From NCBI RefSeq assembly GCF_054482525.1, contig NZ_CM137006.1: DNA of 64,000 bases; one strand, given 5' to 3'. Both the position numbers and the translations under genes were made by a program. The notes under the pieces were generated by a model. The model saw only the letters and a program-made list of their open reading frames with translations. It did no database searches and was not told the DNA's origin. Within the stretch, counting starts at the first letter, position 1. Each line of letters begins with the position of its first letter. Shown one piece after another: positions 22,692-36,931 of this stretch.

Positions 22692-22887
22692 GGGCGACTC
22701 CTGTGATTTATATGTTTGTTTTCGGTGAATACATTGTTAATTAACATCAATCATCAAAGAGACGGCATCGTGAAAGGACAATTCTGTGAAGGGCTTCATA
22801 AAAACAAGTGTAAAAGGAATAAAAGGCAGAAATAAACGTCAGGAGTCATGCCCGTTTGCAAACAAGTGGTTCACAAACGGGCAATTT

Positions 22888-23688
22888 TTAACGTAACGAG
22901 CGACTTTCCATCGCCTCGATGAGCACCGCATCGTGTTTCAGCGTTTGCCATGCATGGATGACTTCTGCCGGAAAATCAACGTGAACGATAAAATCTCGCC
23001 CGCGGGGACCGTAGCCATCGCTATCATCGCGTAAACGCGGCAGCTCGCCAGTGAGTAGTGAGAGATAACGCTCAACCGGCCATAATCCTTGCAACGGATT
23101 AACAAAGATTACACTGTCTGCGTTGTTTCCTAGCTGAGGAACGAATCCGGGATAACTTAACCAGCGTGGTGCATCGGGATTGTCCCCAGTCATACGGCGG
23201 AACGTCGCCATCGTGCGCCGCTGCATGGTGGGGTCCTGAACAACGATAGCCGTATGAACTCGTTCTACGGCCTGATTCAATAGCGCGATGCTAAAGCGTG
23301 CGTTTTCACCGCAGTTTGTTGACTGGTCTTCAATCCAGATTTTTTCATGCGGAATGTGCCAGAACTGATGAGCGATATCCGCCAGGATGGTAGCTTCTGC
23401 TCTGCCAGTGGTGCGGATAGTGTTGTAGTGCGGATGCTGTGCGATGGCACTATACAAAAAAGTTGTCGAGTGACCGATACCACCACTAATCAGTAGAGGA
23501 ATTTGCTGATCGCGGGCAATCTTGCATGCCGCATCGATAGTTGGCATAACCGCATTGCCTGCAAGGATCACGCAATCGGCCTGATACGGCATCTCACCGG
23601 AGAAATCATCCTGCGCCAGCCACTGACCGATAACATTTATGGCATCTATGGTTGCCGGCGAAAGCGTCGGAAACGGGGTAATGTTCAT
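22888..23688 (-). CDS. ydcF: DUF218-domain protein
   Basis: 266-aa [32 protein letters not shown]... Confidence 0.85.
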   Translation of the reverse strand: MNITPFPTLSPATIDAINVIGQWLAQDDFSGEMPYQADCVILAGNAVMPTIDAACKIARDQQIPLLISGGIGHSTTFLYSAIAQHPHYNTIRTTGRAEATILADIAHQFWHIPHEKIWIEDQSTNCGENARFSIALLNQAVERVHTAIVVQDPTMQRRTMATFRRMTGDNPDAPRWLSYPGFVPQLGNNADSVIFVNPLQGLWPVERYLSLLTGELPRLRDDSDGYGPRGRDFIVHVDFPAEVIHAWQTLKHDAVLIEAMESRSLR

Positions 23689-23902
23689 GGTTCCTCCTTA
23701 TCGTTCCCTTAAGAATACTGCGCGAGATAATAATGAGAAGCGGAGCACTCTGAAAGGAGGAAGTCGTATTTCCTTAACCGCCACTCCGCAAGCCTGCCAT
23801 ATCTTTTAAGGAAATGCTGTAGATAAACATTATTCATCTTGCAGCTGAGAATTGTATTTTTCTGAATTCCTGAATTTTTGCCCTTACCGTTTTAGAATTA
23901 AT

Positions 23903-23932
23903 AAAAAACCCGGCGCTAAATGCTTACCGGGT
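23903..23932 (-). terminator. Rho-independent terminator downstream of hrpA
   Basis: On the minus strand: hairpin acccgg...ccgggt followed by a T-run (plus-strand aaaaaacccggcgctaaatgcttaccgggtttt). Confidence 0.6.
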
Positions 23933-23959
23933 TTTAGATTTATCAGGCAAATAGCAGTG

Positions 23960-26900
23960 TTAACTGCTAATCTGCTCCATCGCCTGCAAAATACGCTTAT
24001 CTGAAATCGGATAAGGCGTACCAAGTTGTTGAGCGAAGTAACTAACGCGCAACTCTTCTATCATCCAGCGGATCTCTTTCACGTCTTCATCCTCACGACG
24101 TGCGGGCGGCAGTTTGTTGATCCATTGCTGCCACGCCTGCTGGACGTTTTCGACTTTCAGCATCTGAGCACGGTCGCGATGCGGATCAACCGCCAGTTTT
24201 TCCAGTCGTTTTTCAATCGCCTGCAAATAACGCAGCGTGTCGCCCAGCCGTTTAAAACCGTTGCCAGTGACAAAACCGCGATACACCAGCCCGCCCATCT
24301 GCGCTTTAATGTCAGAAAGCCCCAGCGCCATGGTCATATCCACCCGCCCTTTCAGGCGTTTGTTGATATTGAACACTGCCGTAAGGATTTGCTCGACCTG
24401 CTTTGCAATATCCACCACCGTGTCGTTCAGTTCAGCGCGAACTTTTTCATGCAGCGCAGCAAAGCCTTCTTCCGTCCAGACCGGGCCACCATTGGCGTCG
24501 ATCAGTTGATCCACACCGCAGGAGATACAGTCGTCGATCAGCTCCAGCACTTTGCCATACGGGTTAAAGTACAGCCCAAGTTTGGCTTTGTTTGGCAACT
24601 TTTCATGCAAGTATTTGATTGGTGAAGGAATATTCAGCAGCAGTAAACGACGAAGACCGTTCCACATCGCTTGCTTTTGTTCCAGCGGGTTATCAAACAG
24701 TTTGATCGCCACGCTGTCGCGCTCATCCACCAACGCTGGCCACGCCTTCACTTTGTAGTTGCCACGCTTCTGTTCGTAGCTTTCCGGCAGTTGCCCAAAA
24801 CTCCAGATATGTAAGCCGCTCTGCTCGATACCGTCATCCGCCACCGCAGACAGCGTTTCCTGCACTTTGCCTTTCAGAGCATCTTTCAGATCCTGTAATG
24901 AGCGCCCTTCTTTTAGCTTCTTGTTTTTGTCATCCACCACACGGAAGGTGATTTTCAGGTGATCGGGCACCTGATTCCAGTGCCAGTCTTCGCGGTCAAC
25001 GGTGACGCCAGTCATCCGCCGTAGCTCTCGTTCAAGACTGTCGAGCAACGGCAATTCCAGCGGTGTGACGCGGCCTAGAAACGCTTCGGCGTAGTTTGGC
25101 GCGGGCACAAAATTACGGCGTACTGGTTTCGGCAACGATTTAATCAGTGCGATGATCAGTTCACGACGCAGGCCGGGGATCTGCCACTCAAACCCGTTCT
25201 CCTCAACCTGATTAAGCAGCGGCAGTGGAATATGTACGGTCACGCCGTCAGCATCCGCGCCGGGCTCAAACTGATAGCTCAAACGCAGCTTGAGATTGCC
25301 CTGATGCCAGAAGTTCGGGTAATCCAGCTTGCTGATTTTTTCCGCCCCTTCTTTGATCAACATGCTCTTTTCAAAGTTGAGCAAATCAGGCGTATCGCGG
25401 CTGACTTTTTTCCACCAGCTGTCGAAGTGACGTGCGGAGATCACATCGTGGCTGATGCGCTGGTCGTAAAACTCAAACAGCGTTTCGTCATCCACCAGAA
25501 TATCGCGGCGACGTGTTTTGTGTTCCAGTTCTTCCACTTCGGCCCGTAGTTTCAGGTTTTCACGGAAGAATGCATGACGCGTCTGCCAGTCACCTTCCAC
25601 CAGCGCGTGGCGAATAAAGAGTTCACGACATAACGCCGGATCGATCTGGCTGTAGTTGACCTTGCGCGCGGCAACAATCGGCAAGCCATAAACAGTGACT
25701 TTTTCCGTTGCCATCACCGCGCCCTGCGCCCGTTCCCAGTGCGGTTCGCTGTAGGTGCGTTTAATCAAATGCTGAGCAACGGGTTCTACCCATTCAGGGT
25801 CGATACGCGCAGCAATGCGCCCCCACAGGCGGCTGGTTTCTACCAGTTCCGCCACCATTACCCATTTCGGCGGCTTTTTGAATAAACCAGAACCGGGGAA
25901 GATGGAGAAACGCGCGTTACGTGCACCGGTATATTCTTGTTTATCGGCATCTTTCATGCCGATATGGGAAAGCAAACCGGTCAGTAAAGCGATGTGAATT
26001 TCGCGATACTCCGCCGGTTCGCTGTTAACCGGAATGCCAAGTTCTTTCACCACCTGGCGCAACTGGGTGTAGATATCCTGCCATTCGCGCACGCGCAGAT
26101 AGTTGAGATAATCGGTACGACACAGGCGACGGAAGGCGTTGGAAGAAAGCGCCTTTTGCTGCTCGCCAAGATAATTCCACAGATTTACAAACGCGAGGAA
26201 GTCAGACTCTTTGTCGTGGAAGCGACGATGTTTTTCGTCCGATGCCTGCTGTTTGTCCATCGGTCGTTCGCGCGGATCCTGGATGGAGAGCGCGGACGTG
26301 ATAATCATCGCCTCACGCACGCAGCCATGTTTTTGCGCTTCCAGCACCATACGCGCCAGACGAGGATCGACAGGCAACTGCGAGAGCTGGCGACCGAGCG
26401 GCGTCAGTTTATAGGCGCTGGCCTGTTCATCCGTGGTGATCGCGCCCAGCTCTTCGAGCAGACGCACGCCATCCTGGATATTACGTTTATCCGGTGCTTC
26501 GACAAATGGGAACGCGGCGATATCGCCCAACCCCAGCGCAGTCATCTGCAAAATAACCGAGGCCAGGTTGGTACGCAGAATCTCCGGATCGGTAAACTCC
26601 GGGCGCGAAAGGAAATCGTCTTCGGAATAGAGACGAATACAGATCCCTTCGGACACACGACCACAGCGGCCTTTACGCTGATTGGCAGACGCCTGCGAAA
26701 TGGGTTCAATCGGCAAACGCTGCACTTTGGTGCGATAGCTGTAGCGGCTGATACGCGCTGTACCGGGGTCGATAACGTATTTAATCCCCGGTACGGTCAG
26801 CGACGTTTCCGCGACGTTGGTCGCCAGCACAATGCGTCGCCCGCTGTGCGACTGGAACACCCTATTTTGTTCGCTGTTCGAAAGCCGCGCATAAAGCGGC

Positions 26901-27862
26901 AAGATTTCGGTATGCCGCAGATTTAGCTTGTTCAGCGCATCGGCGGTATCGCGAATTTCCCGCTCACCACTCATAAAGATCAGAATGTCGCCTGGGCTTT
27001 CCTGACTCAGTTCGTCTACGGCGTCAAAAATCGCCTGCAACTGATCGCGCTCGGTGTCATCGGCTTCTTCAACAATCGGGCGATAGCGCACTTCCACCGG
27101 ATAGGTCCGACCGGAGACTTCGATAATCGGCGCATTATTAAAGTGGCGCGAAAAGCGTTCCGGGTCGATAGTCGCGGAAGTGATAATGATTTTTAAGTCA
27201 GGACGCCGCGGCAGCAACTCTTTCAAATAGCCGAGCAGAAAATCGATATTCAGGCTGCGTTCGTGCGCTTCGTCAATAATGATGGTGTCGTACTGCATCA
27301 GCAGGCGGTCTTGCTGGATCTCCGCCAGCAGGATACCGTCGGTCATCAGCTTGACCATCGTGTTATCACTTACGTGATCGCTGAAACGCACTTTGTAACC
27401 GATGCAACCACCCGGCTCCGTTTTCAGCTCTTCCGCAATACGGTTCGCCACCGTTCGAGCCGCCAGACGACGCGGCTGGGTATGGCCGATCAGCCCTTTA
27501 ATCCCGCGGCCCAGCTCCATACAGATTTTCGGTAGCTGAGTCGTTTTACCGGAACCCGTTTCCCCGGCGACGATCACCACCTGGTGATCACGAATCGCTT
27601 CGAGAATGTCCTGCTTTTTCTGACTAACCGGCAAATTGTCCGGATAAGTGATTTCCGGTCGTGCCGCTTCACGCAGCAGGACTTTCCCTGCCGCATGGTC
27701 AATCTCTTTCGCCATCTCCTGGAAAATGGCCTGTTGTGCATCAGGATTTTTAACCTTCTTCACGCCGTGCAGACGGCGAGAAGAACGCAGTCTGTCGCGC
27801 AGCATCAGCGAATCCAGCCGCTGCTGCAAGGCCGTAAAGGTCAATTTTTGTTGTTCTGTCAT
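23960..27862 (-). CDS. hrpA: ATP-dependent RNA helicase HrpA (DEAH-box)
   Basis: 1300-aa ORF with Walker A (GETGSGKTTQ) and DEAH box (IIIDEAHERS). Confidence 0.95.
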   Translation of the reverse strand: MTEQQKLTFTALQQRLDSLMLRDRLRSSRRLHGVKKVKNPDAQQAIFQEMAKEIDHAAGKVLLREAARPEITYPDNLPVSQKKQDILEAIRDHQVVIVAGETGSGKTTQLPKICMELGRGIKGLIGHTQPRRLAARTVANRIAEELKTEPGGCIGYKVRFSDHVSDNTMVKLMTDGILLAEIQQDRLLMQYDTIIIDEAHERSLNIDFLLGYLKELLPRRPDLKIIITSATIDPERFSRHFNNAPIIEVSGRTYPVEVRYRPIVEEADDTERDQLQAIFDAVDELSQESPGDILIFMSGEREIRDTADALNKLNLRHTEILPLYARLSNSEQNRVFQSHSGRRIVLATNVAETSLTVPGIKYVIDPGTARISRYSYRTKVQRLPIEPISQASANQRKGRCGRVSEGICIRLYSEDDFLSRPEFTDPEILRTNLASVILQMTALGLGDIAAFPFVEAPDKRNIQDGVRLLEELGAITTDEQASAYKLTPLGRQLSQLPVDPRLARMVLEAQKHGCVREAMIITSALSIQDPRERPMDKQQASDEKHRRFHDKESDFLAFVNLWNYLGEQQKALSSNAFRRLCRTDYLNYLRVREWQDIYTQLRQVVKELGIPVNSEPAEYREIHIALLTGLLSHIGMKDADKQEYTGARNARFSIFPGSGLFKKPPKWVMVAELVETSRLWGRIAARIDPEWVEPVAQHLIKRTYSEPHWERAQGAVMATEKVTVYGLPIVAARKVNYSQIDPALCRELFIRHALVEGDWQTRHAFFRENLKLRAEVEELEHKTRRRDILVDDETLFEFYDQRISHDVISARHFDSWWKKVSRDTPDLLNFEKSMLIKEGAEKISKLDYPNFWHQGNLKLRLSYQFEPGADADGVTVHIPLPLLNQVEENGFEWQIPGLRRELIIALIKSLPKPVRRNFVPAPNYAEAFLGRVTPLELPLLDSLERELRRMTGVTVDREDWHWNQVPDHLKITFRVVDDKNKKLKEGRSLQDLKDALKGKVQETLSAVADDGIEQSGLHIWSFGQLPESYEQKRGNYKVKAWPALVDERDSVAIKLFDNPLEQKQAMWNGLRRLLLLNIPSPIKYLHEKLPNKAKLGLYFNPYGKVLELIDDCISCGVDQLIDANGGPVWTEEGFAALHEKVRAELNDTVVDIAKQVEQILTAVFNINKRLKGRVDMTMALGLSDIKAQMGGLVYRGFVTGNGFKRLGDTLRYLQAIEKRLEKLAVDPHRDRAQMLKVENVQQAWQQWINKLPPARREDEDVKEIRWMIEELRVSYFAQQLGTPYPISDKRILQAMEQISS

Positions 27863-28053
27863 AACGTTAGTGGGCAGTAGTCTGCCTGATTAATTTTCTT
27901 TTAAATGATAGATATAGAGTACCACATCGCGGCTTTCAATGCGTTGTTCAATAAATTCGAACATAGGCTTCGATTTATTGCGCTATCTCTGTGGCAGGAT
28001 TGTGAATAAAGTGTCAACAAGCAACGGGGCATCGCCCATTCAAACATCTATAA

Positions 28054-28668
<615 letters not shown>

Positions 28669-28721
28669 CCGGACACGGTCTTGATGTGGACTGTAGATAT
28701 TCAGTCCACATCTCAATCCAC

Positions 28722-31785
<3,064 letters not shown>

Positions 31786-31800
31786 TTTCTCTATTTTCCT

Positions 31801-32547
31801 TCAGTAACAGCAGTAGCGAATAAAATAAAAAAATACCGGAGCGGTGAAAATTAATGAGTCAATCCTGTCAAGGAGTCCGTCATGTCCTGGTAATAGTTTT
31901 CCACTATCTTTAACACCAATATCTCGTTTGATGGCTGACATCACTACATCGCCGCAAAAACCACTAATACCAATTAACAAACCCGTTAATAATGCCTGTA
32001 ATGTATTTAGCGGTGTCAGTAACGGTCCAATAATCAGTGACACAATCATGGTAGTGATTACGCCCCCCACCAGACCTTCCAGCGTTTTTCCCGGGCTGAC
32101 TTTGGGGACCACTTTTCTTCTGCCGCAGGATTTCCCCCATAAATACTGTGCAATATCGTTTGACTCGGTTAATGCCAAAAGAAATAACACCAGTAACGCC
32201 TCGCCCTGGATATTTATGGTTGGCAACATTAACAACCAGGCGGCATGACTCAAGGCGAAAACGATCATTATCCAGCCCCAAAAAATGGCGCTCACAGTAT
32301 GCAGAAAACCGGAGGGGTCCCCCACAAAAACTTGCCCGGTGGCTAATATCAGAAACCCAGCCAAAGGTATAAATAACAGATACAGCTCAAAGCAATTAAA
32401 ACCGATAAACAAATAGTTAAGAGGAATACCCCAATATAACCAACGCGGAAAATGTACAGATATAAGCGTACAATATTCTTTCAATGCCAGAAAACTTATC
32501 AGCGCAAAAAACGTCAACGTCATCCAGCGTGGACCTGAAATCACCAT
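31801..32547 (-). CDS. ynbB: CDP-diglyceride synthetase (CdsA)-family membrane protein; longest intact frame, apparently N-terminally interrupted (see findings)
   Basis: 248-aa intact ORF. The 298-aa frame from ATG 32697 (overlapping the ynbA stop) contains an in-frame TAG at 32662-32664. Confidence 0.7.
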   Translation of the reverse strand: MVISGPRWMTLTFFALISFLALKEYCTLISVHFPRWLYWGIPLNYLFIGFNCFELYLLFIPLAGFLILATGQVFVGDPSGFLHTVSAIFWGWIMIVFALSHAAWLLMLPTINIQGEALLVLFLLALTESNDIAQYLWGKSCGRRKVVPKVSPGKTLEGLVGGVITTMIVSLIIGPLLTPLNTLQALLTGLLIGISGFCGDVVMSAIKRDIGVKDSGKLLPGHDGLLDRIDSLIFTAPVFFYFIRYCCY

Positions 32548-32696
32548 TGAAAAACAAATGACGATGCCCCACCAGGTACGAATACGTAATGTAACTTCAT
32601 CCCCTTTTCTCTCCGGTAACCGCCATATCAGAAAACGGTTTATCAGCGTTGCTAAAATTAACTACGCGAAAAGTGTTGCCAGAGATTTTTCCAGCA

Positions 32697-33302
32697 TTAT
32701 CTTTCAGCACTCATCAGGAGCACACTCCGACAACGATTAATCGCAGTCCAGATAAGCAGAATTGAAGCAATGCCCCATAAAAGATTATTCCATTGCATCC
32801 ACTGTGGATAAATGGCAACGGCCAGCCCCCACAACCCAAATATTAACGCACGATCGCTTTTGCCGAATGGACCGGCATAACTGCGAATACCGTTAATCGT
32901 CTGCGCGAGTAAACCGCAAAACTCAGTCAATATGGTGCAAAATAACATGAGTATTACGAGTGATGCGTTTCTTTCCGGTAAAAATAAAAACGGTAAATAG
33001 AGCGCAATATCGGAAATAACATCGCCAGTTTCATTCAAAATCGCCCCCAGACGTGTTTGCTGATTGCACTCACGCGCCAACATGCCATCCAGCGCATTGA
33101 GCGCCATACGGATAAAAAGCACGATGGGCAATAGCAAAAAGAGGATGGGTTGTGCGACCAACATCAACAGCAATCCGGTAAAAAGAGAAAGCGCCAGTGC
33201 AGCAAGAGTGATGTGATTCGCTGTAACATGGTGCTTATAAAGCCAAAACATCGTCGGTCTTAACAGCGTCTGAAAGAGCGGTTTTATCTGGTAGAGCGTC
33301 AT
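32697..33302 (-). CDS. ynbA: CDP-alcohol phosphatidyltransferase-family inner-membrane protein
   Basis: 201-aa form MTLYQIKPLFQTLLRPTMFWLYKHHV...; contains the D-G-x2-A-R core motif (ALDGMLAR); track ORF starts 2 codons upstream. Confidence 0.85.
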   Translation of the reverse strand: MTLYQIKPLFQTLLRPTMFWLYKHHVTANHITLAALALSLFTGLLLMLVAQPILFLLLPIVLFIRMALNALDGMLARECNQQTRLGAILNETGDVISDIALYLPFLFLPERNASLVILMLFCTILTEFCGLLAQTINGIRSYAGPFGKSDRALIFGLWGLAVAIYPQWMQWNNLLWGIASILLIWTAINRCRSVLLMSAER

Positions 33303-33470
33303 TATCAATCCTTGATAATTCTGTTTGCGCTATGGTGCATCAATTGCCCTGACAGAGATATCGCAACACGCCGCTTCATTAAAAATTCAGAATATATCAA
33401 GGTATTGGGGCTCACTGTCAGGAATGATTATCCCCAATTAATCAAATAGTTAAAAATATTACGCTGTTAT

Positions 33471-35783
33471 TCAATGCAACTCATCAAGTTTTCTCATCGC
33501 TTGTTCCCGTATTGCGCGCGTCTTAGCGTTAAGCGCCAGCTGGCGGACTAAATCCAGTTCAGGTTTAACAAGCTCTAACGCCAGCAAAGGATCACGTTTC
33601 AGCCTCGCCTTCAATACATCAACTGGGAAACGGGGATTATTCATCGCCATAATCCACCACTCGGGATCAATTTCTGCCGCCAGTGCCGCAGACGGTGTAT
33701 GGCGATTGTTAAGTGCGCCGAACTTGAAAAATGTAAGATTGCTTTTCGCCAGCGTACTCCACCATATACGATCCGGTTGTTTTGCCAGTTTATCCAGTTG
33801 CGCTAACGCATCGGGGTCAAGTGCATAATAAACACGTAACGCTTCGTTAACCTGCGCACGAGAGCTGTTTTCCTGCCTCAGAAAAAACTTCGCCCAAATA
33901 TCATTGCGTGGCATATTTTGCTGTAATTCCTTGAGGACAACAGCGGGTAAATTATCCCAACTAACTAATGCACTCTCTAAAAAGTCCCAGCCTTCCGAAC
34001 GTATCAGAGAGGTGGCATTTAATAGCATCTGGTCATCAACTTCACCGTGGCTAATCAGCTCAGACAAAATCATATCAGCGCTGGTTTCATATGCATCTGA
34101 ATCTGCTTTGGGATTATTTTTTCGATGCGATAAAGCGCGATGCCAAATTTTTTGTTTCATCGCCGTACTCAGATACTGATTTTTCGCCAGATTACTCCAC
34201 CCCGCAGGATCGTTGAAACGTGTCAATAATCGTTGTAAAGCAGCGTCAGAGTGAATTACCTGCATATCCCGACAGCAAAAATAGGCAGGTAATTTTTTCT
34301 CCATCTTTTTAACAAAATTAAACTGTAAGTTATCTGGCAATGCTAAAAATAACACACGTATTAGATCATCGTCATTCTCGAATTTTTGGTGTAAATATAC
34401 TGCTATTTTGTCACTCTCTTGTGGCGTCATCCGCAACAATTGACCATGGTGTTTCATCTCTGCCAGCTTTGACGCTAAGCTTGTGACAACATCGTTTGAT
34501 GAATCGTTCGCCAACTGCATTGCCTGATTGTAGGTGAGTTGTCCTCCAGCACCGACCTGACGAATAGAGAAATCATCACTGCGGATATAGCCATCAATAA
34601 TGGATTCGGGCAATAACCACGCATCTTTATAAAGCTCCTGAATGATCATATCCCAATCTCTTTTCGCCAGAGTCATGACGATATCCAGAGGGAGATTTTC
34701 ACGTAGCGCAAGATTCAACGGACCGACACCATCAGGTAGATGACTCATTCGCGTCATTATTTCGACAGAGAGCGGTTCACGGTCGAGCAACCCCAGAACA
34801 ACAGGCTGGTAACCCAATTGCTGATCGGTCAACTCCAGAATCTCATTGTCAGGCATATATCTCGCCATACTTTCAATCGTTTGTTCATCATTGCTATTAA
34901 TAAGTTGTTTGCGTAGGTTAGCTGAAATTCCTTTAAGCCTTGGGAGAGTTCGCATTATGGCAAGATCAAATGTCGCAATGTCTCGCCCTTCAAATGCAGC
35001 AACTTTGCCTTCATCCAGCATTTGCAATTCCTGCACTAACTCAGGAGAAGGCTTAGGGCGAAACAGCGCTTCTTTTTTCATCAGATTACAGACATTCCCT
35101 GCCATGCGAATATTGCTTCGCTTAAAAATTTCTTTCAGAGCATCTTTATCATTTATTAGGCCCCAATAATATGCATCAGGATTTATTATCGTCAGCGCTT
35201 TTTTGACATTTTCAGTGTCATTTTTGTCTCCCGCACGGACCATGAATTCACTATTTGTCGAAGACACAACAACAGGTGCAATTATGTCATTGATAAATAT
35301 CCCGCGCGCATTAATACTTCCCTTAATCGTAGACGGATTATCGTAATATGAGTCGATAAATACCAGTCCACTTGCATTTATCGAACCGGTAATTAACAGT
35401 GGTGAATCCGTAACTATATTCGTTGCCGTCACATCACCGAGAATAACCCATGGATTAGAAAGAGAGAAAGTGGAAATATTACCTTTGACTGTCAAATTGC
35501 CAAGAACAATCAATTTTTGATTACTCTCTATATTACCTTCTACCACTAAATCGCCACGATGCACTTTCCAGTCCGATGCAGATAAACCGAAGGGGACAAG
35601 ATTCACACTACTGTTGATAGCTTGTTCAACTTGTTGTTTATCTTCAGCGGTAGCCGCAGAAAAAAATGGTTCAATATCAAATACATTTGCAACACATCGA
35701 AGTTCCGCCTGTACTGGAAGACTCAGCATAAACAGGGGAAGTAAACCTATCCAGCTGCAAATCCTGGGCTTAAACATATGCAC
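33471..35783 (-). CDS. ydbD: Large secreted protein of unknown function
   Basis: 770-aa ORF with N-terminal signal peptide (MFKPRICSWIGLLPLFMLSLPVQA); true start may be the ATG two codons in. Confidence 0.8.
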   Translation of the reverse strand: MHMFKPRICSWIGLLPLFMLSLPVQAELRCVANVFDIEPFFSAATAEDKQQVEQAINSSVNLVPFGLSASDWKVHRGDLVVEGNIESNQKLIVLGNLTVKGNISTFSLSNPWVILGDVTATNIVTDSPLLITGSINASGLVFIDSYYDNPSTIKGSINARGIFINDIIAPVVVSSTNSEFMVRAGDKNDTENVKKALTIINPDAYYWGLINDKDALKEIFKRSNIRMAGNVCNLMKKEALFRPKPSPELVQELQMLDEGKVAAFEGRDIATFDLAIMRTLPRLKGISANLRKQLINSNDEQTIESMARYMPDNEILELTDQQLGYQPVVLGLLDREPLSVEIMTRMSHLPDGVGPLNLALRENLPLDIVMTLAKRDWDMIIQELYKDAWLLPESIIDGYIRSDDFSIRQVGAGGQLTYNQAMQLANDSSNDVVTSLASKLAEMKHHGQLLRMTPQESDKIAVYLHQKFENDDDLIRVLFLALPDNLQFNFVKKMEKKLPAYFCCRDMQVIHSDAALQRLLTRFNDPAGWSNLAKNQYLSTAMKQKIWHRALSHRKNNPKADSDAYETSADMILSELISHGEVDDQMLLNATSLIRSEGWDFLESALVSWDNLPAVVLKELQQNMPRNDIWAKFFLRQENSSRAQVNEALRVYYALDPDALAQLDKLAKQPDRIWWSTLAKSNLTFFKFGALNNRHTPSAALAAEIDPEWWIMAMNNPRFPVDVLKARLKRDPLLALELVKPELDLVRQLALNAKTRAIREQAMRKLDELH

Positions 35784-35840
35784 TCCATGCCATTAAAAAA
35801 GAAACAAAAGGGAAATGCATCTTTCCCTTTTGTATATTCG

Positions 35841-36701
35841 TTATTCTCGCGAAATACCATCCAACGTAGACAACACTTCCTCAGAAAGATGCAATTTTTC
35901 AGCAGCCATATTCTCCCGTAAATGCGCAACAGAAGACGTCCCTGGGATCAGCAAAATATTCGGTGAACGTTGTAACAGCCACGCCAGCGCCACCTGCATT
36001 GGTGTTGCGCCCAGGCTCGCTGCTACATCCGAAAGTGTGGAGGATTGCAGCGGCGTAAAGCCCCCAAGCGGGAAGAACGGCACGTAAGCAATGCCATCGC
36101 GGGCCAAATCATCAATCATTGCGTCATCAGCACGATGAGCAATGTTGTATTCGTTCTGCACACAGACGATTTCGGTAATCTTACGCGCCTCTGCAACCTG
36201 CGTCGGTGTAACGTTGCTCAGACCAATATGTTTTACCAGGCCTTGTTGTTGCATCTCTGCCAGCACGGTCAGGCTGGCTTCAATCGATCCTTCCGCCGGG
36301 CCATGACCATCCCCCATCATGACGCGCAGGTTAACCACATCCAGTACGTCCAGGCCGAGATTACGTAGATTATCGTGTACCGCTTTTTGCAGCTCTGCCG
36401 GAGAAAATGCGGGCAACCAGGAAGCATCCTCACCACGCCGTGCACCAATTTTAGTGACAATTGTCAGGTCGTCAGAGTAAGGATGTAGCGCTTCGCGGAT
36501 AATCTGATTGGTGACGTGCGGACCATAAAAGTCGCTGGTATCAATATGATTGACGCCCAATGCCAGCGCCTCGCGCAGCACGGTTATAGCAACGTGGCGA
36601 TCTCTTGGGGGGCCAAAAACCCCAGGGCCTGCCAGTTGCATCGCGCCATAACCAAGACGGTTAACGGATTTTGTACCGAGAGTAAATGTGTTGCTGCTCA
36701 T
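35841..36701 (-). CDS. ydbC: Aldo-keto reductase
   Basis: 286-aa ORF MSSNTFTLGTKSVNRLGYGAMQLAGPGVFGPP...; AKR family. Confidence 0.9.
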   Translation of the reverse strand: MSSNTFTLGTKSVNRLGYGAMQLAGPGVFGPPRDRHVAITVLREALALGVNHIDTSDFYGPHVTNQIIREALHPYSDDLTIVTKIGARRGEDASWLPAFSPAELQKAVHDNLRNLGLDVLDVVNLRVMMGDGHGPAEGSIEASLTVLAEMQQQGLVKHIGLSNVTPTQVAEARKITEIVCVQNEYNIAHRADDAMIDDLARDGIAYVPFFPLGGFTPLQSSTLSDVAASLGATPMQVALAWLLQRSPNILLIPGTSSVAHLRENMAAEKLHLSEEVLSTLDGISRE

Positions 36702-36832
36702 CGCACCCTGCCCTGTAATAAAACGGATTAAGAAAAATCAGTATAGAAACGAAAAGAGATAAATAATGCGAAGGCGTAAACAAGATTACTGGATAAGTTG
36801 CTCTATTGTCCTTGAAGACACCAAAACAAAAC

Positions 36833-36854
36833 GCCTAAAGCATCGCATCCGGCA
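36833..36854. repeat. REP-like remnant
   Basis: gcctaaagcatcgcatccggca partially matches the reverse complement of the REP consensus (...CGCCGCATCCGGC). Confidence 0.35.
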
Positions 36855-36855
36855 A

Positions 36856-36889
36856 TAAAAAACCGCAACCTGTATCAGCGTTGCGGTTT
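36856..36889 (-). terminator. Rho-independent terminator downstream of paaY
   Basis: Plus strand aaaaaaccgcaacctgtatcagcgttgcggttt: stem aaccgcaac / gttgcggtt; the A-run on plus equals a U-tract after the hairpin on the paaY strand. Confidence 0.65.
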
Positions 36890-36931
36890 GTGTATCACAT
36901 GCTAAAAATTAGAACGTCCAGCATCAGGACG

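Noticed and set aside
25994-26926. 310-aa plus-strand ORF
   Set aside because: Lies entirely antisense within hrpA; Arg/Gln-rich low-complexity translation typical of the reverse frame of a GC-rich gene; no independent start context.
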